Part shown: one piece after another, positions 34,731-45,108 of the stretch
How the letters are laid out: the number at the start of each line of letters is the position of its first letter
Numbering within the stretch: the first letter of the stretch is position 1
Assembly: GCA_040756875.1 (NCBI GenBank)
Contig: JBFLYH010000002.1
Location: 414,526 to 478,525, forward strand
DNA from: a candidate division FCPU426 bacterium
Lineage (GTDB): Bacteria > Oederibacteriota > JAAXVQ01 > JAUVAV01
DNA: 64,000 nt
Reading direction: 5' to 3'
Made by a program: the position numbers and the translations under genes
Notes under the pieces: model-generated
Seen by the model: only the letters and a program-made list of their open reading frames with translations
Database searches by the model: none
Told to the model about the DNA's origin: nothing

Positions 34731-35842
34731 GCGGCCTCCTGATCGCGCAGGCGGCGGTACCATTTGTAGGTCTCGCGCGCCAGACGGTCGGTGGTGAAAT
34801 GGGCCAGCACCCGCTCCCGGCCCTTGCGGCTATAGAACGCCGCCAGCGAGGGCTGGGACTGGATTTTCTGCAACTGGCCGGCCAGCATTTCCCACCGGCC
34901 CTCGGGGAAGATCATGCCCGCTTCCCCGATCACGAAGGGGATCTCCCCTGAGTCCGATCCGATCACCGGCACTTCGCAAGCCATGGCCTCGACCAGCACG
35001 CGGCCGAACTGCTCCTTCCAGAACGGCCGGGTTTCGGAGGGCAGCACCAGCACGTCCAGCCGGCCGAGGGCTTCGGGCATGTGGTCATTGGGAATGGCGG
35101 GGATGAATTCGACGCGCGGTTCGAGCCCGAGCTGCTCCACCCGGGCCCGCAGCAGGGGCGCATGCGGCCCGCTGCCCGTGATCTGCAGGCGCCAGTCGCA
35201 CGGCAGGCTGCGCACCGCGGCCAGCAGGGTGTCCAGGCCTTTTTCCTCCAGCAGGCGGCCGAAATAACCGATGGTGAACGTCCGTTTCAACCCGGGTTCC
35301 CTGGCCTGCGGCCGGAAGACTTCGGGATCGACGCCGTACTGGGGCAGCACCAGGCATTCGCCGTGAAACCCGCGGCGGGCCAGCACTTCGCGGGCGGCCT
35401 GGTTGCCCGCAATGGCCCAGCGCGCGCGGCTCACCACCCAGCGGTCGACCCAGGACAGCGGCCACTTGTAGCCGCGGAAAATATTTTCCCACGTGAAAAA
35501 CACCAGGGGCCGCCGGTGGCGCCGGGCCAGGCGCAGGGCCTGGCCGCAGACCAGGGAATAGGGTTCTTCCTCCACGTGGATGAGCTCGGGCTCCACCTGG
35601 CGCACGAGTTCGGGAAGCCCTTTCAGCCAGAACCCGCCCACGCGGCCCAGTCCCCAGCCGGGCAGGCGGTGGATCTGGATGCCCTCCTCCCAGCCCGGAG
35701 CCGGCGCCTCCACCCAGCGGCCGCCTTCGGGCCAGGCCTCGGGCAGGACCAGGTGCAGCTCGCAGCCCAGTTTGGCCAGGGCGTGGAATTTGCGGCGGTA
35801 CAGCCCGACCACCGCGCTGTGGGAAATCACCAAAACTTTCAC
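34727..35842 (-). CDS. Glycosyltransferase family 4
   Basis: GRLLEEKG; EQFGRVLVEAMACEVPV. Confidence 0.9.
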   Translation of the reverse strand: MKVLVISHSAVVGLYRRKFHALAKLGCELHLVLPEAWPEGGRWVEAPAPGWEEGIQIHRLPGWGLGRVGGFWLKGLPELVRQVEPELIHVEEEPYSLVCGQALRLARRHRRPLVFFTWENIFRGYKWPLSWVDRWVVSRARWAIAGNQAAREVLARRGFHGECLVLPQYGVDPEVFRPQAREPGLKRTFTIGYFGRLLEEKGLDTLLAAVRSLPCDWRLQITGSGPHAPLLRARVEQLGLEPRVEFIPAIPNDHMPEALGRLDVLVLPSETRPFWKEQFGRVLVEAMACEVPVIGSDSGEIPFVIGEAGMIFPEGRWEMLAGQLQKIQSQPSLAAFYSRKGRERVLAHFTTDRLARETYKWYRRLRDQEAA

Positions 35843-35978
35843 GGCATCCGGTCCCTTCGAAGCGCTCTAAGGATTGTAACCAACCCGGAGGGTTAGGGAA
35901 ACTGGTATTTCGAAAGACGCCGCGGCTGCGAAACGGATTTTCTTGCGTCACGGGCAGCCGGGGCCGGCCGGCAGGGGC

Positions 35979-37094
35979 TCAGCAGGAAGCGAGAATCTGC
36001 CGGTACATTCCGCGCGTAAGGGAAATGATCCGCTCCCAGGAAAAATAAGCGCGGCTTACTTCCAATGCCTCGCGGCGCAGGCTGGCCGTGAGCTCCGGGT
36101 GGTCCAAAAGATGCAGGATGCCTTGCGCCAGATCCACGGGATCGCGGGGCCGTACGGCCCAAAAATGCCGGTTGGCCGTCAGCTCTTCGAGCGCCAGCGG
36201 CGGGTCGGTGGAGATCACCGCCAGGCCGTGCGCCAGCACGGCCACCAGGCTGCTGCGGTTCAGGCGCGCGCCCTCGGAATACGGCTGCACGGCAATGCGG
36301 CCGGAGCGCAGGGCCGCGCCGGCTTCAGCCGCGGGCAAATAACCCGTGAACACCACCTCGGCCTCGAGCCCAAGCGCTTGAATGCGCTGTTTGACGATCC
36401 GGTGGTAGGCGTAGGCTTCGGGTTCCAGGGCCGTGACCGCCAGCAGGCGCTGGGGCCGGCCCTGGCCTTTGAGGCGCGCCAGGGCCAGGAGCAAATCTTC
36501 CCAGCCTTTGTTCGGCATGATGGTGCCGAAGTGGACCAGGTCCGTCGCCGCCGGCCCGGTTGCGGCCTCCGGAGTTTCCGCTTCCAGGGGATTGCCCAGC
36601 GGAATGATCTGAATCTTTTCCCGGCAGGACGGAAAATCGTTTTCCAGGGCTTTTTGATCCAGGCGGTTGGTGCAGATCAGGCGGTGCGCGAAGCGCAGGG
36701 TCGGCCACAGCCGGGCTTTGCCCTTCCAGGTGAACTGGCGGTATTCGTGCAGGGTCGCCACGCGGCGGCCGCGGAACCCCGTCAGTTCCAGCGCCGGAAA
36801 AAGCAGGTTGGGCGCCAAGCCCAGGCCATAGCCCAGGGCCGGATAATGCAGATGAACCACTTCAGGCGCCAGCCGGCGCACATGCGCCGCCAGCTCCAGG
36901 GTGCGGGCCGCGTTCCAGTCCAATTGCAGGGGCAGGAGCTCCACTTGAGCTGCCGGCGGTGCGGCGACCGAAGCGGAAGTCAGCACCTGCACGCTTTCTC
37001 CGGCCGCGGACAGCCGTTCGGCCTGCAGATAAACCTGGTCTCCCACCCCGCAGCGGACCGGGGGGTAGGAGGCGGAGATCAAACAGACTCTCAT
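35979..37094 (-). CDS. Glycosyltransferase family 4
   Basis: MRVCLISASYPP..CGVGD; TLHE; FGTIMPNKG; ATGA overlap with the upstream gene. Confidence 0.82.
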   Translation of the reverse strand: MRVCLISASYPPVRCGVGDQVYLQAERLSAAGESVQVLTSASVAAPPAAQVELLPLQLDWNAARTLELAAHVRRLAPEVVHLHYPALGYGLGLAPNLLFPALELTGFRGRRVATLHEYRQFTWKGKARLWPTLRFAHRLICTNRLDQKALENDFPSCREKIQIIPLGNPLEAETPEAATGPAATDLVHFGTIMPNKGWEDLLLALARLKGQGRPQRLLAVTALEPEAYAYHRIVKQRIQALGLEAEVVFTGYLPAAEAGAALRSGRIAVQPYSEGARLNRSSLVAVLAHGLAVISTDPPLALEELTANRHFWAVRPRDPVDLAQGILHLLDHPELTASLRREALEVSRAYFSWERIISLTRGMYRQILASC

Positions 37095-38512
37095 GGCTGC
37101 CGCTCCGGCTGGCGCGACCGCGCCCGGCGCAGCCACGCCAGCGCTGCGGCCGCGGCCACGGCCGCGTGCATCCCGCGGTCGTGAACCAGCCCTTGTTCGG
37201 TGAAATTGGCGGCAAAGAATCCGGCCAGTCCGGCGGCCAAGGCCCAGCCTGCGGCTTGCGGCCAGCCGGCAGGCAGGCGCCGCAAATACCCGGCCATTCT
37301 GGCCACGTAGCGCCAAACCGCCAGCCCAACGGCCGCCAGGCCCGCGGCCCCGGTTTCCACGAGCACGGTCAGCCACAGGGAATGCGGATGCGTGAGCAGG
37401 CCGATGGGATTGACGCTGCCCGAGCCCCACAGCGGCGCCACATGCCGGTACATGCCCGGCCCGATCCCCAGCCAGGGCGAAGTCGCCAGCATCCGGCCGG
37501 ACACGAACAGGTAATCCCAGCGGTCCTGCCAGGAAGACAGCTTGTCCTCCCAAAACGGCCCGCTGAGCAGTTCGGGTTTCAGGCCGATGAACAGGGCCGC
37601 GCCGGCCAAAGCGATGATCGTTGTCCATAAGCCCCAGCGCGGCTGTTCGCAAGCGGCCCATCCCAGCAACACGGCCGCAGCGCAGGCCACGGCCAGCCAG
37701 CCGGTCAGGGAGAAGGTCATCAGGAACCCCGCGGTCATGCACGCGCAGGCCAGCAGGCCCGCCAGCCGGCCCCAGGGCCGGGGATGGAACAGGGCCGCGG
37801 CCGCGCTGAAGGGCAGCAGCAGGGCCAGGTACATGGCCAGGGCATTGGCCCCGAATCCGGCGGCCGCGCGCACCGTGTCGCCCGCGGCCAGGGAAATGCG
37901 GGTCAGCTCCGGCCGGGCGCCCGCGCCGGCCGCAACCTCGGCCACGCCTGTCCAGGCGCTGATCACGGCAGCCGCGATCATGGCCCAGAACACGCGTTCC
38001 GCGTCGCGGCTGCGGCGCAGCCAGCCCAGGGTCAGCAGAAACGCCAGCAGAAATTCCCACCAGCGCAACAGGCCGCGCCAGGCGGCCGGCGCCTGAGCCA
38101 GCCAGGCGGACAGGGCCAGCACCAGCACAAACGGCCAAAACCAGCCCAGGGCCGAAAGGATTTGGGCGCGCCAGGACGGCTGGCGGAACCAATGCCAGGC
38201 CGCGCCGGGCAGGGCCGCCAGCAACAGCATTTCGCCGGTGTATACGGTCAGCAGCCCGCCGAATTCCCGCGCGTACTCGAACGGCAGGCAAAACACCCAC
38301 AAGGCCGGCAGCCAGCACGGGGCCATGAACCCCAGCAGCAGCGCGGCCGCGCCGAGGACCATGTCCGCCATGGCCGAGCCGCGGCCGAGAAACCAAACCA
38401 GCCCGGCGGCCAGGCTCACGGCCAGGGCGGCCCGGTCCTGGCGCCGGGCGAGAAAAAGCGCCCGGCCCGACGCGCCGAAGAAGCCGGCGGAAAAATCGGC
38501 GGCCGCGAACAT
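37091..38512 (-). CDS. O-antigen ligase/polymerase family membrane protein
   Basis: RAAAGFGANALA; TFSLTGW; PWLGIGPG; HPHSLWL..LVETG. Confidence 0.8.
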   Translation of the reverse strand: MFAAADFSAGFFGASGRALFLARRQDRAALAVSLAAGLVWFLGRGSAMADMVLGAAALLLGFMAPCWLPALWVFCLPFEYAREFGGLLTVYTGEMLLLAALPGAAWHWFRQPSWRAQILSALGWFWPFVLVLALSAWLAQAPAAWRGLLRWWEFLLAFLLTLGWLRRSRDAERVFWAMIAAAVISAWTGVAEVAAGAGARPELTRISLAAGDTVRAAAGFGANALAMYLALLLPFSAAAALFHPRPWGRLAGLLACACMTAGFLMTFSLTGWLAVACAAAVLLGWAACEQPRWGLWTTIIALAGAALFIGLKPELLSGPFWEDKLSSWQDRWDYLFVSGRMLATSPWLGIGPGMYRHVAPLWGSGSVNPIGLLTHPHSLWLTVLVETGAAGLAAVGLAVWRYVARMAGYLRRLPAGWPQAAGWALAAGLAGFFAANFTEQGLVHDRGMHAAVAAAAALAWLRRARSRQPERQP

Positions 38513-38513
38513 G

Positions 38514-39020
38514 TCAGCGGGAAATGGGTTGCATAAAGGAGAGGTATTGGCGGGCGCCGTCGTCCAGCGGCTTGACGCGTGTGATCAGCCCCGAGCATTC
38601 GACTTTCGCGGTCATGATCAGGCACCAGACCCCGGCCCGCAGTTGCGCGGGTTCCGAAGGAAAACCCGGATGCAGGCGGACCAGGCGCAGCGGGCCGCTG
38701 ATCCTCAGCTTGATCAGCATGTCCTGCCGGCCGGCCAGGGGCACGGGCGAAGGCAGGGCGTCCAGGGGCTGGACAGGCTGCAGGGAAAGGATCTCGGCCA
38801 CTTTCCTGCCCTGCGAATCCAGCACTGCGTCACCGGGCGCGAGCAGGGCCATCAGTTCCGGCAGGGGTTTGGGCACCCTGACCTCGGCTATGGCCACGCC
38901 GTTGAAATCCCCGCCATTCGCGCCCCGCGACAGGGCGTAGCGCACCACCATGCCGGCGGCAAACACAGCCAGCAACAGCACCAGCAAATCCCACCACCGC
39001 AGCGTCCAGTCGGATTTCAT
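38514..39020 (-). CDS. Single-TM hypothetical protein (DUF4330-like)
   Basis: WWDLLVLLL N-terminal anchor; L.PGD.V...EILS; D..IKL; RBS aaggag. Confidence 0.55.
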   Translation of the reverse strand: MKSDWTLRWWDLLVLLLAVFAAGMVVRYALSRGANGGDFNGVAIAEVRVPKPLPELMALLAPGDAVLDSQGRKVAEILSLQPVQPLDALPSPVPLAGRQDMLIKLRISGPLRLVRLHPGFPSEPAQLRAGVWCLIMTAKVECSGLITRVKPLDDGARQYLSFMQPISR

Positions 39021-39046
39021 AACCGCTCCTTTCCAAAATCACATCA

Positions 39047-39194
39047 GCCACAGATGAACATGGAAAAACACCGTTAAATCCGGATCACCAAGAGCACGAA
39101 GAACAATCAAGAGCACGGATAAAACGGTTCGGGGTTAACGGCTTTTACCCCGAATACCTTCGTGCCCTTCGTTTTTCTTCGTGTCCTTCGTGGT
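39047..39194. repeat. Degenerate nested inverted-repeat element, same family as 12549-12722
   Basis: gccacagatgaacatgg; caccaagagcacgaag ... cttcgtgtccttcgtggt. Confidence 0.6.
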
Positions 39195-40187
39195 CATCCC
39201 TGTCTCCGGTTTGATGCTCCAGTACTTCCATTCGCCGGCCAGCACCCAGAACAGCCGCAGCCAGGGAACGGCCGCGAACTGGGGGATCAGCAGTGCGAGC
39301 TCCTGCCAGCGCACGCGGCGCTTGCGGCAGACCGCGTACACCGACCCTGCCCAGCCCAGGAGCCAGGCCGCCAGGCCCGCGGCCAGCAGGAGCGGCCGGC
39401 CCAGCAACGCGCCCAGCGCAGCGGCCGGTGCGCCGGTATACACGCCCCAGAAAAAAACCGGGAACGCGCGGCCGTCGATCCACTTCAGGTGGCGGCGGTA
39501 AAGGGCCGGATGCTTGCGCCGCAACAAAGCCTCGTGCAGGCCGTAGCGCGCCTCCCGCAGGTAGACCGTGGCCGGCGCCTGAAACAGGGGATGCTCCACG
39601 ATGCAGGCCGGCTCGAAGACAATGCGTCCGCCGTGTTCCAGCACCGAAAAGGCGAAATCCGAATCCTCGCGGTTGGCCCGCAGGAACCTGCGGTCAAATC
39701 CCCCCAACGCGGCAAAGACAGAACGGCGGTACAACATGTTGCAGGTGATGAAATTGCCGCCGCGGGTGTTGGCCACCAGGTGCGTCAGGGCGGTGGGCCG
39801 GCCGGAGTCCAGCGGAGGCCGGGTCAGCCCCTCCACGCCGGCCACCGCCGGGTCGTCGAAATGCGGGGCCGCGCGTTTCCACCAGGCGGGATCCACCAGC
39901 ACGTCCGAATCCAGAAAACCGAGAATCTCGCCCCGGGCGGCGGCCGCGCCCTGGTTGCGGGCCGCGGCCGGCCCTTGGGACCTTTCCTGGCGCAGAACGA
40001 CCAGTGAAAACGGATCGCGGCGCGCGGCCAGGGCCGCGGCCGTATCGTCCGTGGAGCCGTCATCCACGACGATCACCTCGAGGTCCTGCGGCAAAACCTC
40101 GACCCGCGCCAGGGTATCCAGGGTCCGGCCGAGCAGTTCGCGGCGGTTGAAGGTCGGGATCACCACGGACACTCGCGGGGCGCTCAT
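39135..40187 (-). CDS. Glycosyltransferase family 2
   Basis: VSVVIPTFNR; VVDDGSTD; ARNQG; FLDSD; GGFD...EDSD. Confidence 0.9.
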   Translation of the reverse strand: MSAPRVSVVIPTFNRRELLGRTLDTLARVEVLPQDLEVIVVDDGSTDDTAAALAARRDPFSLVVLRQERSQGPAAARNQGAAAARGEILGFLDSDVLVDPAWWKRAAPHFDDPAVAGVEGLTRPPLDSGRPTALTHLVANTRGGNFITCNMLYRRSVFAALGGFDRRFLRANREDSDFAFSVLEHGGRIVFEPACIVEHPLFQAPATVYLREARYGLHEALLRRKHPALYRRHLKWIDGRAFPVFFWGVYTGAPAAALGALLGRPLLLAAGLAAWLLGWAGSVYAVCRKRRVRWQELALLIPQFAAVPWLRLFWVLAGEWKYWSIKPETGMTTKDTKKNEGHEGIRGKSR

Positions 40188-41620
40188 CCGCGGCCTCCGG
40201 GCAGGGCCCGCTTGAGCAATTGCCAGTCTTCGCGCTTCACCGCGCCGAATATCCAGGCCGCAGCCGTGAATACCGCGGCGCCGGCCGCGACCGGAACCAG
40301 CAGAGGCAGGGCGCGCAGCCACCAGACCGCGGGCGCCATGCAGGCCGCGGCCGCAGCCGTGCGCGCCACGGCGGACCCGAGCTGCAGGGGGAACAGATAC
40401 CGCCGCACGGCCCAGGCATAGGCGCACAGCAGCATCAGTTCGGTCGTCGCGGCCGCGGCTGCGGAGCCGGCATGGCCGAAACGCGGAATCAGCGCCAGAT
40501 TCGCCGCCACGCTGACGACCACGGCCATGCCCGAAGCCAGCGCGTTGACGCGCTGGTGTTCGCCCGAAATCAAAAGGAAGGAGAGCGCGTAGTTGACGAA
40601 AATGAAACTCAGCGCCACGGCCAGCCAGGCCAGGGCCGTGCCGGCCGGCGCGAAGGGCTTGCCGAACAGCCAGACCATGAGCGGCTCGCCCAGCATCACC
40701 GCGCCCACGGCCACCGGCAATCCCAGGAACACCAGCAGGCGCAGCAGCTGCCGGCTGACGCGGGCCAGCTGTTCGCGGTCCGTGCGGAACAGTTGGGAGA
40801 ACCCGGGAAACGCGGCCACCACCAGCACCGCCGGCACGACCATCAGCACTTCGATGCATTTGTGGGCCGCGCCGTACCAGCCGACTTCGGCCGCAGGCCT
40901 GAGTTTGGCCAGGAGGGTCATGTCGATGCGGAAGTAGAGGTTGACGAAGAGCGTGGTCAGGGTGAGCGGCAGAGCCTGGCGCAGCGCATAGCGGAAGATG
41001 TCCGCGCTCCAGGAGCCGGCCGGGCCCAGCATCCGGCTGCGGCCCAACAGCCAGGCCGCGGCCGCCAGCCCCAGGACGCCGGCTGCCGCGTACGCCGCGG
41101 CCACGCCCAGAACGCCCATCCCCCAGCCTAGGGCCAGGAGGCCGAAAACCAGCAGCGCCACCTTTTGCAGGGTGAACACCAGGGCTTCCCATTGCAGCTG
41201 CTGGCGGGCGTTGAACACGGCGTTGAAAAACTCGGTGAAGGAATGCAGCAGGACGAACGCCGCCAGCCAATACGCGCAGCGGCGCATGAGGGGCGAAGGC
41301 GCGATCAGGTGCAGTCCCAGCGCCACGGCCGCCAGAAAGACCGCTCCCAGGATCAGTTTGAGCGCCAGCAAATGCCGGAAGAGGACGCCGGTCCGCTCCG
41401 GATCCCTGGCCGCGTCCCGCACCAGCAAGGGATTCAGGCCGAAATCCACGATCACCACGAACAGCAGCGGGAAGGAATAAGCGAAGTTCAGGGCGCCGAA
41501 ATCGGACTCGCCCAGGGTGCGGGCCACCAGCACCATGAAGGCGAACGACAGCAGCCGGATCAGAACCTCGCCGGCCCCCTTGAAAAAAGCGTTTTTAGCG
41601 AACGCGCGGGTAAACGACAT
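40184..41620 (-). CDS. Wzx-type polysaccharide flippase
   Basis: ARTLG..DFG; DFGL; YFRID..LL; VGWYGAA; many TM segments. Confidence 0.88.
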   Translation of the reverse strand: MSFTRAFAKNAFFKGAGEVLIRLLSFAFMVLVARTLGESDFGALNFAYSFPLLFVVIVDFGLNPLLVRDAARDPERTGVLFRHLLALKLILGAVFLAAVALGLHLIAPSPLMRRCAYWLAAFVLLHSFTEFFNAVFNARQQLQWEALVFTLQKVALLVFGLLALGWGMGVLGVAAAYAAAGVLGLAAAAWLLGRSRMLGPAGSWSADIFRYALRQALPLTLTTLFVNLYFRIDMTLLAKLRPAAEVGWYGAAHKCIEVLMVVPAVLVVAAFPGFSQLFRTDREQLARVSRQLLRLLVFLGLPVAVGAVMLGEPLMVWLFGKPFAPAGTALAWLAVALSFIFVNYALSFLLISGEHQRVNALASGMAVVVSVAANLALIPRFGHAGSAAAAATTELMLLCAYAWAVRRYLFPLQLGSAVARTAAAAACMAPAVWWLRALPLLVPVAAGAAVFTAAAWIFGAVKREDWQLLKRALPGGRG

Positions 41621-41628
41621 GTGCCCCT

Positions 41629-42354
41629 TCAGCGTTTCCGGTGGCGCCACAGAATCCGGAACAAATCCCCCAGCATCCTCCAGGCGTCCCGCAGGGGCGA
41701 CACTTTGGAGTGCCGGGAATTGCGCCAGGCCACCGGCACCTCGCGGATCTCCAGCCCCTGCCGCCTGGCCAGGTAGAGCACCTCGACGTCGAAGCCGAAC
41801 CCCGGAACGGTCAGGCGCGGAAAAAGTGCGCGGGCCGCGTCCCGGCGGAACAATTTGAACCCGCACTGGGTGTCATGAACGCCCGGCAGCACCAACAGCT
41901 GCACCAGGCGGTTGAACGACTTCCCCATCCACTCGCGGTAAAAGGGCTGGTGCTCTTCGATGCGGCTGCCGGCCACGGCCCGGGAAGCAACGGCCACATC
42001 CGCGCCGCCGGCGAGCGCCTGTTCCAGGCGGAGCAACTCCTCGATCGGCGTGGACAGGTCGGCGTCCGAAAACAACACGACGGCGCCGTTGGCCGCGGCC
42101 ACACCCCGGCGCACCGAGGCGCCCTTGCCGCGGTTGCGCCGGTTGCGCAGCACCCGCAGGCGGCCCGAACGGAAGGGATGGGCCAGCGCCAGCTCGGCGG
42201 TCCGGTCCCGGCTGCCGTCATCCACCACCACGACTTCACAGGAGCGCGCCTGGACGCGGAAAAACCGGTCGACGGCCTCCAAGGTCGCACCCAGCCGTTC
42301 GGCTTCGTTATAGGCGGGAATGACGATGCTCACCTCGCAGGCCGGCCGGGTCAC
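41629..42354 (-). CDS. Polyprenol-phosphate glycosyltransferase (DPG-synthase-like GT2)
   Basis: IPAYNEAERL; NRGKGA; DADLSTP; DTQCGFKLF; FDVE. Confidence 0.9.
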   Translation of the reverse strand: MTRPACEVSIVIPAYNEAERLGATLEAVDRFFRVQARSCEVVVVDDGSRDRTAELALAHPFRSGRLRVLRNRRNRGKGASVRRGVAAANGAVVLFSDADLSTPIEELLRLEQALAGGADVAVASRAVAGSRIEEHQPFYREWMGKSFNRLVQLLVLPGVHDTQCGFKLFRRDAARALFPRLTVPGFGFDVEVLYLARRQGLEIREVPVAWRNSRHSKVSPLRDAWRMLGDLFRILWRHRKR

Positions 42355-43667
42355 GCGGGGCTCCTGGCTGGTTCGGGTTTTCGGTCAACCAAGCGGCGAT
42401 ACCCAAAACCGATTCCGATCACCAGGGCCAGATGGATGCCGCGCGCGTAGATGACCAGCACGTCGAACATATTATGGAAGAGAAAGGCCAGGCAGCTGGC
42501 GGCCAGGGCGACCAGCATGGCCCGGTCCGCGAAGGTCGGAATGGTTTTCAGGTTGCGCAGCAGCCGGACGAAAGTCATGATAATGAAAAAACTGAAAGCC
42601 GCCAGGCCCAGCAAGCCGGTTTCCACGCCGATCTGCGTGTATAAATTATGGATGTGTTTGTCCAGGTAAGGCGTTTCACCTGGATAGGCCTTGAGGCTCG
42701 ACTGGATGGCAATCAGGTAATTCCCGCCGCCGTGGCCGAAAACCGGTTTTTGCGCGATCAGCCGCCAGCCGAGTTTCTGGTAGAACACGCGCCCCGTGAC
42801 CGCCGTGTCTTCCTTGACGTTGGTCAGGCTGCCCAGCCGGCTGTTCAACTTGGAGACGTAGAACGGCAGCACCAACAACAGCGCGATGAACACCAGGAAA
42901 AGCAGCAACGACCGCAGGATGTTTTTGGGAATGTAATACAGGAGCAGGATGCCCACAGCCAGGAAGGTGCTGAGCCAGCCGCCCCGGGAATAGGTCGTGG
43001 CCAAGGTCAGGCCCAGGATCAGGACCACGACTCCCATCAACACCAGCCCCCTCGGCTGCTGCTGTTCAAAAAACAATTCCAGCGCCAGGGGGATCAGCAG
43101 GATCAGAAAGCCCGCAAACTGGTTGGCATGCCCGAAGGTGGAATGCGCCCGCATGACCCCTTTGACCTGGTTCATGCCGTCCAAGCCGGCGGAGGAGGAA
43201 AACAGGTTCAGCCCGGTGAAATGCTGGGTCAGCCCCATCAGGCTGGCCAGAAGTCCGGCGCCGATAATCACCCTGAGCAGGAGATTGAACCGCGTGTGGT
43301 CCCGGAAACAGGTCCCGGCCACCAGCATGACCAGCAGGAATTCCCCCCAGCGGATGCACTGCTTTACCACGCCCCAGAAATCAACGGCGTCGAGGGCGGA
43401 AAGCGCGACCGCAACCATGAACGGCAGGAAAATCCAATACACTTTGCCCAGGTCTTTCCAAAAGGAGCCCTGCTTGAAATGACGGAGGATAAAGCCGAGC
43501 CCGACGCCCAGCAAATAGACTTCGTTGGTGTAGACGGTGGGCGGCAATTCCAGGGCAAAGTCGAACGGCAGCAGGACCGCCATGCCCACCACCGCCCAGA
43601 ACGGGTCGCGAACAGCGAGCAGCCAGCCTGCCAAACAGAGCGCCAGAGCCAGGGTGTAGGTGATCAC
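42351..43667 (-). CDS. O-antigen ligase/polymerase family protein
   Basis: RAHSTFGHANQFA; TYSRGGW; PVFGHG; HIHNLY...ETG. Confidence 0.85.
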   Translation of the reverse strand: MITYTLALALCLAGWLLAVRDPFWAVVGMAVLLPFDFALELPPTVYTNEVYLLGVGLGFILRHFKQGSFWKDLGKVYWIFLPFMVAVALSALDAVDFWGVVKQCIRWGEFLLVMLVAGTCFRDHTRFNLLLRVIIGAGLLASLMGLTQHFTGLNLFSSSAGLDGMNQVKGVMRAHSTFGHANQFAGFLILLIPLALELFFEQQQPRGLVLMGVVVLILGLTLATTYSRGGWLSTFLAVGILLLYYIPKNILRSLLLFLVFIALLLVLPFYVSKLNSRLGSLTNVKEDTAVTGRVFYQKLGWRLIAQKPVFGHGGGNYLIAIQSSLKAYPGETPYLDKHIHNLYTQIGVETGLLGLAAFSFFIIMTFVRLLRNLKTIPTFADRAMLVALAASCLAFLFHNMFDVLVIYARGIHLALVIGIGFGYRRLVDRKPEPARSPA

Positions 43668-43716
43668 AGCCGTTCCTTTTCAGGGATGTGCGGAGGCATG
43701 CGCACGGGCTTGCCCT

Positions 43717-45108
43717 TCAATACGCCCCGCGTTTGGAGAGAACCGTGGGGACGGTTCTCGCCAGAATAACCAGGTCAAACAGCAGCGAGTGGTGCTTGAT
43801 GTAATAGAGGTCGTACTTGACGTTCTCTTCCATGGGTTTGTCGCTGCGGCCGGAAACCTGCCACAAACCCGTCAGGCCGGGCAAAACCAGGTGGCGGCGG
43901 TGGTAAATCGCGCGGTTGTATTTTTTCACGAGAAACGGCTGTTCGGGCCGCGGGCCGACCAGGCTCATGTCGCCTTTAATGACATTGATGAACTGGGGAA
44001 GCTCGTCCAGGCTGGTCTGCCGCAGAAACGCGCCGACCCGCGTGATGCGGGGGTCGCTCTTCTGCCTGGGGGTCACGCTGTACTTGGGCGCCGAAGTGTG
44101 CATGGTGCGGAATTTGTAGATCACGAAATGCCGGCCGAACCGGCCCACGCGCTCCTGCTTGAAAAACACCGGCCCCGCCGAGTCCAGTTTGATCGCGATC
44201 GCAATGAGCAGCCAGAGCGGGGACGTGACCAGGACCACGCCCAGGGAGACGATCTCATCCATGAGCCGTTTGAGCAGGCCCTTCCAAAATTGCTGGCTGT
44301 CCTGGGTGTTTTCCAGGAAGACGTTCTCCTGCAGCTCTTCCTGGATGGCCTTGGAGGTCATGATGTCGACCACGCTGGTGATGTAGTGCGCCTCCAGCCC
44401 CTTTTCCTCGCACCAGGTGACGATCCCGATCATTTGTTCGTAATACTTGATGGGAAAGGTGAGGATGATGCCGTCCAGGCGGATTTTCACCATGACTGCC
44501 GCGATCTTTTTCGCCAGTTCGGCGGAGATGGGCTCCTCCTTGGAGGCGCCGAGGTCGCGTTTGGGATCCAGCGCCAGATTGCCCGCGCAACGGTAGCCGA
44601 GCTCGGGATGCAGCTGCAGGATCTTCTCCGCGGCCAGGCGCTTGTTATCCACGCCGAGGATCAGCATGTTGAGCGTGTCCCACCCGCGGCTGCGCCGGAC
44701 TTTGACGATCTTCCACAACAGCCAGCGGAATCCCAGCTCGAAAACCACGGCCGTGGCCCAGAAAATCATCACCAGAAAACGGGAGCGCTCGTAGTACTTG
44801 AAGAAAAAGGTCATGGTCAGGGCCAGGACCAGGGCGAAGGTGACGGCCTTGATCAGCCGGGCGTACTCGTCGATCATGGACAGCTGCCGGCGCAGGTCGT
44901 AGAGCCCGTAAAAGACGAAGATCAGCAGGCACAGGCCGATGGTGATGAGCGCCGCCGGGTTGTAGCCCTGAAGCGTATGCAGGGGCATCAAGGGCGGCGA
45001 CTGGTTGTGCATGCGGATGAAATAGGCGGTAAGGAAGGCCGCGTACAACACGACCGCGTCCCCCAGCATGGCGAAGAGCACGAAACGGTTCGTTTTATTT
45101 CTGCGCAT
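43717..45108 (-). CDS. Second priming sugar transferase (WcaJ/WbaP-like)
   Basis: KRLMD; YKFRTM; SLDELPQ; MSLVGPRPE; PGLTGLWQVSGRS. Confidence 0.92.
   Translation of the reverse strand: MRRNKTNRFVLFAMLGDAVVLYAAFLTAYFIRMHNQSPPLMPLHTLQGYNPAALITIGLCLLIFVFYGLYDLRRQLSMIDEYARLIKAVTFALVLALTMTFFFKYYERSRFLVMIFWATAVVFELGFRWLLWKIVKVRRSRGWDTLNMLILGVDNKRLAAEKILQLHPELGYRCAGNLALDPKRDLGASKEEPISAELAKKIAAVMVKIRLDGIILTFPIKYYEQMIGIVTWCEEKGLEAHYITSVVDIMTSKAIQEELQENVFLENTQDSQQFWKGLLKRLMDEIVSLGVVLVTSPLWLLIAIAIKLDSAGPVFFKQERVGRFGRHFVIYKFRTMHTSAPKYSVTPRQKSDPRITRVGAFLRQTSLDELPQFINVIKGDMSLVGPRPEQPFLVKKYNRAIYHRRHLVLPGLTGLWQVSGRSDKPMEENVKYDLYYIKHHSLLFDLVILARTVPTVLSKRGAY

Noticed and set aside
35843-35978. Structured RNA or MITE in the gap between two GT4 genes
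   Set aside because: Only short 4-6 bp stems and no convincing terminal repeats.
35979-41270. 805-aa and 711-aa ORFs as large fusion proteins
   Set aside because: Their N-terminal halves are off-frame overlaps of upstream genes; the true starts are at the ATGA overlaps 37094 and 40187.
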